A model generated the notes under the pieces. The model did not search any database. It had not been told where the DNA came from and saw only the letters and a program-made list of their open reading frames with translations. 15,715 nucleotides of DNA. Origin: Abditibacteriaceae bacterium (GTDB taxonomy: Bacteria; Armatimonadota; Abditibacteriia; Abditibacteriales; Abditibacteriaceae). The DNA lies in the NCBI GenBank assembly GCA_031425655.1, contig JANPJS010000176.1:1-15715 (forward strand). Reading direction: 5' to 3'. Both the position numbers and the translations under genes were made by a program. Positions 1 through 6,334 of this stretch are shown here, one piece after another (within the stretch, counting starts at the first letter, position 1; each line of letters begins with the position of its first letter).

Positions 1-36
1 CCGCAGCGAAATCTCGCTGCGGCTGTTTGCTTTTTG
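1..36. terminator. Rho-independent terminator-like hairpin, possibly bidirectional
   Basis: CCGCAGCGA-AATC-TCGCTGCGG is a perfect 9-bp stem (1-22), followed on + by CTGTTTGCTTTTTT. It lies 20 nt past the sigma factor stop codon. A minus-strand U-tract would fall outside the window. Confidence 0.7.
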
Positions 37-42
37 ACTTTC

Positions 43-945
43 TTACTTGTCTTCCATCTGGCCGATGGCATTTGACAGGCTGCTTTTACGCAGTTTGCGC
101 AGCGCCTGGCCTTCGATCTGGCGCACGCGTTCGCGGCTGACTTTAAAGTGCGCGCCGAGTTCCTGCAGCGTATGCGCTTTGCCGCCGTGCAGACCGTAGC
201 GCAGGTTCACGACTTCGCGCTCGCGGTCGGTCAGTTCATTGAGGGCTTCGCGCACTTCTTCTCGCAGAATGGCGGTTTCGGCGGCTTCTTCGGGCACGAT
301 GGCGTCGCCGTCTTTCAGCATATCAATGAAATCTTCACCGTCGCCGGCATCGCCGATTTCATCGTCTAACGAAAAGGTTTCGGCCATGTTCAGCAAAACC
401 AGCGCGGCGGTGTCTTTCGACACGTTCAGCTTGGCGGCCAATTCGTCTACGGTTGGCTGGCGTCCCAAAGCCTGCACGAGCAGGGCGATGGTGCGATATG
501 CGGTTTTGGTCAGTTCGGCAATATGGGCGGGCACGCGCACCATTTTGGCTTGGTCGGCAATCGCGCGGCTCATGGCCTGACGAATCCAGAACGAAGCGTA
601 AGTGCTGAAACGGTAGCCCAATGCCGGGTCGAATTTGCGCGCCGCGCGCATCAAGCCGAAGTTGCCTTCCTGAATCAAGTCGGCCAGCGTCAGCGAATGA
701 TTGTGACCTTGATGCAGTTGCTTCAAAGCCATCGTGATGACAAGTCGAAGGTTCGCTTCGACCATTTTTTTGTAGGCTTCTTCGTCGAGTTGGGCAATGC
801 GACGGCCCAATTCTTTTTCTTCGGCAGCGGTGAGAAGCGGCGTTTTTTGCGCCATCTTCACCCATGCCGCTACGGCATCGGGAAGCGAAGCGGAAGTTGC
901 CTCCACACCGCGCGAGCTTTGTCCATTTTGATATTGTTTGCTCAT
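43..945 (-). CDS. RNA polymerase sigma-70 family sigma factor (RpoD/SigA-like, no region 1.1; probably an alternative group-2-like sigma)
   Basis: Region 1.2-like PLLTAAEEKELGRRI, region 2 EANLRLV...DLIQEGNFGLM...FSTYASFWIRQA, region 3 LGRQPTVDELA, region 4 HTH TLQELGAHFKVSRERVRQIE. Start placed at ATG 945, which has GGGAG 8 nt upstream. Confidence 0.93.
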   Translation of the reverse strand: MSKQYQNGQSSRGVEATSASLPDAVAAWVKMAQKTPLLTAAEEKELGRRIAQLDEEAYKKMVEANLRLVITMALKQLHQGHNHSLTLADLIQEGNFGLMRAARKFDPALGYRFSTYASFWIRQAMSRAIADQAKMVRVPAHIAELTKTAYRTIALLVQALGRQPTVDELAAKLNVSKDTAALVLLNMAETFSLDDEIGDAGDGEDFIDMLKDGDAIVPEEAAETAILREEVREALNELTDREREVVNLRYGLHGGKAHTLQELGAHFKVSRERVRQIEGQALRKLRKSSLSNAIGQMEDK

Positions 946-1217
946 GAAAACCACTCCCTGATGGTGTCGGGCTGTTGAAAATATGTCATTGGTTGCATGG
1001 TTGGGAAAACCTCAAGCACACGAAATTGCCGCCGCCAGTCGGATGCGGGCGAAAAGCGCGAATGTGCAAAGCATGGCTACAAACGAAATTGAGAATATCC
1101 GCGCAATCGGCTTGATTCTGCATTTTGCGCTATCGAGCGATTTTGAGGCTTCGCCAGACGAGAAAACGACTTTCAGACCAACTTACGACAAATTATCTAT
1201 TTTGGGCACGATTCCTA

Positions 1218-1246
1218 AGAATAACAGCTTATGTATTCTAAGGCAA
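1218..1246 (-). promoter_or_regulatory. Putative sigma70-type promoter for the sigma factor gene
   Basis: Minus strand reads TTGCCT-17 nt-TATTCT with a TGn extended -10, in an AT-rich intergenic stretch. It overlaps the inverted repeat CCTAAGAATA-N10-TATTCTAAGG (1214-1243). Confidence 0.45.
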
Positions 1247-1343
1247 GCTTTGGACAGCTTTAGACCTTGCGCTTTTTTCTTTGTTGTGCTACGCTGCGCG
1301 CTTTTTTGCGGCCTTTGGCCCGACGAACGCTTGCGTTCGCAAG

Positions 1344-1372
1344 TTCCCGACGAAATGCAGAATCGGTAAACT
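1344..1372 (+). promoter_or_regulatory. Possible valS promoter (near-leaderless)
   Basis: TTCCCG-17 nt-TAAACT ends 9 nt before ATG 1382, and there is no obvious Shine-Dalgarno before that ATG. Confidence 0.25.
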
Positions 1373-1381
1373 GCCAGAGCT

Positions 1382-4213
1382 ATGCCCGAACCCCGTGACC
1401 AATCTCAAAACGTGCCTTCTCCCGACAATCAATTTTCCATGCCGACCGCCTTCGATCCGCATCCTGTCGAAGCCAAATGGTATGCCATTTGGCAGGAAGC
1501 CGGCTATTTTCAGCCGCGTGCGCCACGCGAAGGCGAAACGCCGTTCGTCATCGCCATTCCGCCGCCCAACGTGACCGGCGTGTTGCATCTTGGCCATGCT
1601 TTGCAGCATTCGATTCACGATTGTCTGCTGCGCTATCATCGTATGAAAGGCGAACCGACGCTGTGCGTGCCCGGAACCGATCACGCCAGCATCGGCACGC
1701 AGGTGAAAGTCGAACAGCACCTTTTTGCGACCGAAGGCAAGACGCGCCACGATTTGGGCCGCGAGGAATTTCTGCGCCGCTCGTGGGAGTGGAAAGACAA
1801 ATATGGCCGCACGATTATCGAGCAAATGAAGTCGCTCGGCTGTTCTTACGACTGGTCGCGCGAACGCTTCACGATGGACGGAGGCTATTCGCGCGCTGTG
1901 CTGACCGTCTTCAAAGAATGGTTCGACAAAGGCCTGATTTATCGCGGTTTGCGCCTTGTCAACTGGTCGCCGGGCGCGCACAGCACCGTCAGCGACTTGG
2001 AAATCGAATTCCGCGACGTGCAAAGCCATTTGTGGCACTTCAAATACCCGGTTAAAGATTCCGACCGCTTTATTATCGTCGCCACGACGCGCCCGGAAAC
2101 CATGCTCGGCGATACCGGCGTGGCGGTGCATCCCGACGACGAACGCTACCGCGATTTAATCGGCCAGAGCGTTATTTTGCCGCTGATGAACCGCGAAATC
2201 CCAATTGTCGCCGATCATTTCGTGGACAAAGAATTTGGGACGGGCGCCGTCAAAGTCACGCCCGCGCACGATCCTAACGATTACGAAATTGGCCAGCGTC
2301 ATGGCCTGCCGATGATTTCGGTCATCGGTTTCGACGCCAAAATGACGGAAGCAGCGGGGGCTTACGCCGGACTTTCGCGCGAAGAAGCGCGCCTGTCTGT
2401 CGTGCGCGATTTGCAAGCGCAGAATTTGGTCGAGAAAATCGAGCCGTATTCGCATTCGGTCGGCCATTGTTCGCGCACCGGCGTAGTCATCGAGCCGCTG
2501 CTATCCGAGCAATGGTTTGTGGCCATGAAAGATTTGGCGCGGCCCGTCGCCGATGCGATTCGCATGAATCGCGTGCATTATCATCCGGCCCGCGCCGCCG
2601 AAACGTCGCTGGTTTGGCTCGATAATATCCGCGACTGGTGCATTTCGCGCCAACTTTGGTGGGGCCATCGCATTCCGATTTATTACGGCCCGCACGGCGA
2701 AATCAAATGCTCGCTTGAACCTATCACCGAACCCGGTTGGACGCAGGACGAAGACGTGCTCGATACATGGTTCAGCTCGGCGCTTTGGCCTTTCGCCGTT
2801 CTGGGCTGGCCCGATAATTTAGAGCGCGAATGGTATCCGACATCGGTGCTTATCACGGGCCGCGACATTCTGAACCTGTGGGTGTCGCGCATGATTCTCA
2901 CGAGTTTGCATTTCGTGGACGACATTCCGTTTTATGATGTCTTGGTGCATCCGACGGTGCAAGACGTGTTCGGCTTACGCATGAGTAAATCGTTGGGCAC
3001 CGGCATTGATCCGATGGCGCTGATTGAAACTTATGGCGCCGACGCCACACGTTTCGGCCTTTTGCAATTAGCTGGCGGCGCACAAGACGTGCGCTTTGTT
3101 GACCAGGCCGAAGCCGCATTGGGCGAAGAAGCTGTGCGCCGTTGGGTAAAAGAGCAGAACGGCAAGCCGCTGCCGCTGACGTGGGACGGCAAGCCGACCG
3201 AACGTTATCCGCAAATGCAATCGGCGCGCAATTTTGCAAATAAAATTTGGAATGCTTCGCGCTTTGTGTTGAGCAATGTGCCAGAAGAAATTTGGAACAA
3301 GCCAAACGGCGCACAGTGGCCTGATTGGGACAGTCTGGATATTGTGGGGCAGTGGATTTGGACGAGTCTGGGGACGACAACAGTTCAGGTTGAACTGTTG
3401 TTGGATTCTTATAAGTTTGGTGAGGCTGCCACTGAACTTTACAAGTTCATATGGGGTGACTTTTGTGATTGGTTTATCGAATGGGCCAAGCTCAAATTCA
3501 GGGAAGGCGAGACTCAGTATGTGGAATTGGCAGTTTGTGTATTAGAGGGCGCAATGAGGCTACTTCATCCGTTCATGCCATTTTTATCTGAGGAAATTTG
3601 GCAAAAGTTGCCTAAAACCGCCAATGCTCCGACTTCATTGTCTATAGCTGGGTGGCTTACTCAAGATGCGCGAGTAAGTGCCCGAAATTATATGAACGAT
3701 CCAAGCACTGCGGATTTTCTGTATATCCAAGATATTATCCGAACAATCCGTAGCTTACGTGCCGAGGCGAAACTGGCTCATTCTCAGAAGCCAGTGATTG
3801 TGATGTTCATGTTGGATGAGCAGAAAGAAGGACGGTTTGGGCTTTGGGAGGAGGAAACCTTCCATATTCATCCAAAGTTGAAGCAGAACTTGCTTCAATT
3901 TGTTAATCTGGCTGATCTTCAGGTTATGCCTATTGATGCGCCGCGTCCGCAAAATGCGTTGTCGGCGTCGTTGCCCGGCGTGGAGATTTATCTGCCGCTC
4001 GAAGGGCTGATTGACGTGCCGCGTGAAACGGCGCGTTTACAAAAGGAACTCGACGAGCGCAGCGCCGATTTGCAGCGCGTCGAAGCCAAGCTGTCGAATC
4101 CGCAATTTACCGATAAAGCGCCGTCTGCTGTGGTTGCTAAAGAGGAAGCCAAACGCGCCGAAATCACCGCCGCAATGGAAAAACTGCGCGAAAGGCTGGC
4201 CGCGTTAAACTGA
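1382..4213 (+). CDS. valS: Valine--tRNA ligase
   Basis: PPPNVTGVLHLGH (HIGH motif), GTDHASI, editing domain ATTRPETMLGDTGVAV and GTGAVKVTPAHDPNDY, DWCISRQLWWGHRIP, DVLDTWFSS, RMSKS (KMSKS variant), LLHPFMPFLSEEIW and a C-terminal coiled coil KLSNPQFTDKAP. An alternative start is ATG 1439. Confidence 0.98.
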   Translation: MPEPRDQSQNVPSPDNQFSMPTAFDPHPVEAKWYAIWQEAGYFQPRAPREGETPFVIAIPPPNVTGVLHLGHALQHSIHDCLLRYHRMKGEPTLCVPGTDHASIGTQVKVEQHLFATEGKTRHDLGREEFLRRSWEWKDKYGRTIIEQMKSLGCSYDWSRERFTMDGGYSRAVLTVFKEWFDKGLIYRGLRLVNWSPGAHSTVSDLEIEFRDVQSHLWHFKYPVKDSDRFIIVATTRPETMLGDTGVAVHPDDERYRDLIGQSVILPLMNREIPIVADHFVDKEFGTGAVKVTPAHDPNDYEIGQRHGLPMISVIGFDAKMTEAAGAYAGLSREEARLSVVRDLQAQNLVEKIEPYSHSVGHCSRTGVVIEPLLSEQWFVAMKDLARPVADAIRMNRVHYHPARAAETSLVWLDNIRDWCISRQLWWGHRIPIYYGPHGEIKCSLEPITEPGWTQDEDVLDTWFSSALWPFAVLGWPDNLEREWYPTSVLITGRDILNLWVSRMILTSLHFVDDIPFYDVLVHPTVQDVFGLRMSKSLGTGIDPMALIETYGADATRFGLLQLAGGAQDVRFVDQAEAALGEEAVRRWVKEQNGKPLPLTWDGKPTERYPQMQSARNFANKIWNASRFVLSNVPEEIWNKPNGAQWPDWDSLDIVGQWIWTSLGTTTVQVELLLDSYKFGEAATELYKFIWGDFCDWFIEWAKLKFREGETQYVELAVCVLEGAMRLLHPFMPFLSEEIWQKLPKTANAPTSLSIAGWLTQDARVSARNYMNDPSTADFLYIQDIIRTIRSLRAEAKLAHSQKPVIVMFMLDEQKEGRFGLWEEETFHIHPKLKQNLLQFVNLADLQVMPIDAPRPQNALSASLPGVEIYLPLEGLIDVPRETARLQKELDERSADLQRVEAKLSNPQFTDKAPSAVVAKEEAKRAEITAAMEKLRERLAALN

Positions 4214-4230
4214 GAATCGGAGGCAAGACG

Positions 4231-4437
4231 ATGACAACAATTGCGATTACTCTCGATGATGAAACGGCGGCGCGCCTACGCGAGCGTGCCGAAAATATGG
4301 GCGTGGCGCCGGAAGATTGGGCGCGCGTGAATCTGACGAATCTTCTCGAAGAATCTCCTGAATTGGGTGAAGAGTTTGAGCAGGCTGTATCGCACATTCT
4401 CGACAAAAACGCCGAACTTTATCGGCGGCTGGCCTGA
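4231..4437 (+). CDS. Small antitoxin-like DNA-binding protein (RHH/CopG-like), partner of the Doc toxin
   Basis: 68 aa with SD GGAGG at 4219-4223. N-terminal beta-helix pattern TIAITLDDETAARLRERAE and C-terminus KNAELYRRLA, which is typical of antitoxins upstream of doc. Ends 4 nt before the toxin start. Confidence 0.8.
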   Translation: MTTIAITLDDETAARLRERAENMGVAPEDWARVNLTNLLEESPELGEEFEQAVSHILDKNAELYRRLA

Positions 4438-4441
4438 CGCC

Positions 4442-4831
4442 ATGAAATATCCAACTCTGGCGCAAGTGCTGGAACTGCATCAGCGGGTTTTGCAGCGTTC
4501 GGGTGGCTCGGCGGGCGTGCGCGAAATAGGCATGGTTGAATCGGCGTTGGCACAGCCATCCATGGCGTTTGGCGGACAGGAACTCTATCCGTCGCTTGAA
4601 GAAAAAGCTGCGGCGCTCGGCTTTTCGCTGATTAAGAATTATGCTTCCGTAGACGGCAACAAGCGCATCGGCCATGCCGCAATGGAATTTTTTCCCATGC
4701 TGAACGGCCACGAAATCAGCGCGCCGGTTGATGAGCAGGAAAAGTTTATTTTGCGGTTGGCAGCGAGTGAAGCGAGCCGCGAAGAGTTGGTCGAATGGTT
4801 ACGCGTTCACGTCGTGCCGCTCCACCAATAA
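4442..4831 (+). CDS. doc: Type II TA system death-on-curing (Doc/Fic family) toxin with degenerate active site
   Basis: LHQRVLQRSGGSAGVRE, ESALAQP, LYPSLEEKAAALGFSLIKN, and the Fic-like motif YASVDGNKR (canonical HxFxDGNKR). Start at ATG 4442. Confidence 0.9.
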   Translation: MKYPTLAQVLELHQRVLQRSGGSAGVREIGMVESALAQPSMAFGGQELYPSLEEKAAALGFSLIKNYASVDGNKRIGHAAMEFFPMLNGHEISAPVDEQEKFILRLAASEASREELVEWLRVHVVPLHQ

Positions 4832-4839
4832 TTCATCGA

Positions 4840-5277
4840 ATGAAAGTGATTTTGCCGATCCACGTTGTGGCCTTCGAGACTGATTTTGCCGGTGTCGTCT
4901 CGAATACGCGCTACGTCGAATATCTCGAACGCGGGCGTGCTGCGTTGATGCGTGCCGCTAATCTCACAGTTGAGAGCGCGATGGAAAGCTGTGGCGCGCA
5001 GCCCGTCGTGCGGCGCGTGGAAGTGGAATATCTGGCGCCGGCGCGCCACGAAGACGACTTGGAATTGCACGTTGAAGTGGCCGCGCACGAAGGCGCACGC
5101 TCACTTTTGCGTTTTGAGCTTCTGCGTCCGCGCGACGGCGCGCTTATCATGCGCGCCGAGCAAACTTTGGTTTATCTCACGGCGCGGTGGAAGCCAGTGC
5201 GGGTGCCGAATTTGTTCCGCGAAAAAATGCCGGCGGAGCTGGCTAACCGCCAAGACGCCAAGAACGCCAAGAAATGA
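4840..5277 (+). CDS. Acyl-CoA thioesterase, hotdog fold (YbgC/4-hydroxybenzoyl-CoA thioesterase family)
   Basis: Motif ETDFAGVVSNTRYVEYLERGR plus VVRRVEVEYLAPARHEDDL. Start at ATG 4840, 8 nt after the doc stop. Confidence 0.88.
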   Translation: MKVILPIHVVAFETDFAGVVSNTRYVEYLERGRAALMRAANLTVESAMESCGAQPVVRRVEVEYLAPARHEDDLELHVEVAAHEGARSLLRFELLRPRDGALIMRAEQTLVYLTARWKPVRVPNLFREKMPAELANRQDAKNAKK

Positions 5278-5320
5278 AAAAGACAAAAAATCTTGGCGTT
5301 TTTGGCGTCTTGGCGGTTAG
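5243..5320. repeat. REP-like inverted repeat, 30-bp arms built from CGCCAAGA x3
   Basis: CTAACCGCCAAGACGCCAAGAACGCCAAGA (5243-5272) pairs with TCTTGGCGTTTTTGGCGTCTTGGCGGTTAG (5291-5320) with one G-T mismatch and an 18-nt A-rich spacer. Confidence 0.9.
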
Positions 5321-6296
5321 TCTTTTTGGCTGCTCGCGTCAGTCGAACGCGCCGGTCGCAGCGTCGAATCGTGTGGTGCTTTATTGCTCGGTTGACGATG
5401 TTTACGCGCGCCCGATTATCCGCGATTTAGAAAAGCAAACCGGCCTGAAAATAGACGTGCTTTACGACACCGAAGCTGCGAAAACCGCCGGACTCGCCAA
5501 TCGCATTCGCGCCGAAAAATCGCGCCCGCAAGGCGATGTTTTCTGGAGCAGCGCGCTTTTGCAAACGCTGCTGCTGAACCGCGAAGGCTTGCTGCAACCG
5601 TATATTTCACCGTCCGCGAAAGACGTTCCCAAAGCGTTCAAAGCGAAAGACGGAAGCTGGACGGGGCTGGGCGTGCGGGCGCGAGTCGTTGTTTCAAATA
5701 GATTCGTTAAAACGCAAGTGCAGCCCGACTTGTGGACTTTACTTAGCGGTGGGCTGGAAAATAAAGTGGGCATCAGCAATCCGCAATTCGGCACCGGAAG
5801 TGATTGGGTAGCAACACTGGCGGTTCGCTGGGGGCAAACGCGGGCACTGGATTATTTTCGCGCTTTAAAAAAGAATGGCGTCCATATTTTGCCGGGTAAT
5901 TCCGTTGTTGCCGAAAAAATCGCGCGCTACGAGCTTCTGGCAGGCGTGACCGATACAGATGACTATTTTGCCCAGAAGTCGAACGCTGTGAGTAGATACG
6001 AACTTTGGGAGGGCAAAGCAGTTTTCATCCCCGGCAGCGTCGCTATTTTGAAAAACGCGCCGCACACCGAAAACGCGCAGAAGTTAGTGGACGCGCTGTT
6101 ACATATCGAGACCGAAAAGCAACTGGTGAACACCATGATCGGCGTGATTCCAACGCGACCGCAAATTAAAATCACGCAGCCGGAATTGAAAATATTGGCG
6201 GCGCGCATGAAAAATGCGCCCGACGACACCGCGAAATGGGCCGGGGCTTGGGACGAAATCCGCGAGCCTCTCGCCGAAATTCTCCTGAAAGATTGA
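5274..6296 (+). CDS. ABC transporter substrate-binding lipoprotein, Fe(III)/AfuA-FbpA-like
   Basis: Lipoprotein signal MKKTKNLGVFGVLAVSLFGC, then VVLYCSVD, EKQTGLKID, RIRAEKSRPQGDVFWS, GLLQPYISP, ISNPQFGT and NAPHTENAQKLVDALL. ATGA overlap with the thioesterase stop. Confidence 0.85.
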   Translation: MKKTKNLGVFGVLAVSLFGCSRQSNAPVAASNRVVLYCSVDDVYARPIIRDLEKQTGLKIDVLYDTEAAKTAGLANRIRAEKSRPQGDVFWSSALLQTLLLNREGLLQPYISPSAKDVPKAFKAKDGSWTGLGVRARVVVSNRFVKTQVQPDLWTLLSGGLENKVGISNPQFGTGSDWVATLAVRWGQTRALDYFRALKKNGVHILPGNSVVAEKIARYELLAGVTDTDDYFAQKSNAVSRYELWEGKAVFIPGSVAILKNAPHTENAQKLVDALLHIETEKQLVNTMIGVIPTRPQIKITQPELKILAARMKNAPDDTAKWAGAWDEIREPLAEILLKD

Positions 6297-6334
6297 AACT
6301 CCGATGGCGCGTCTGCCGTGTGAACTCCGATAAA

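Noticed and set aside
983..1369. 128-aa plus-strand ORF in the sigma-valS intergenic region
   Set aside because: It has no recognisable motif or SD and overlaps promoter-like AT-rich sequence, so it is probably spurious.
946..1381. T-box riboswitch upstream of valS
   Set aside because: I found no T-box consensus (GGTGGNACCGCG) and no terminator/antiterminator arrangement.
1289..2131. Long antisense and alternative-frame ORFs (also 4247-4711, 12397-13107 and others)
   Set aside because: These are shadow ORFs of well-supported genes in GC-rich DNA and show no protein motifs.
3320..3935. Intein or intron as the explanation for the valS low-GC segment
   Set aside because: The segment encodes expected ValRS anticodon-domain motifs in frame, with no intein splice motifs or extra domain length.
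5243..5320. CRISPR array or IS element
   Set aside because: The repeats are inverted rather than direct repeats with spacers. No cas or transposase gene is present, and I saw no clear target-site duplication.
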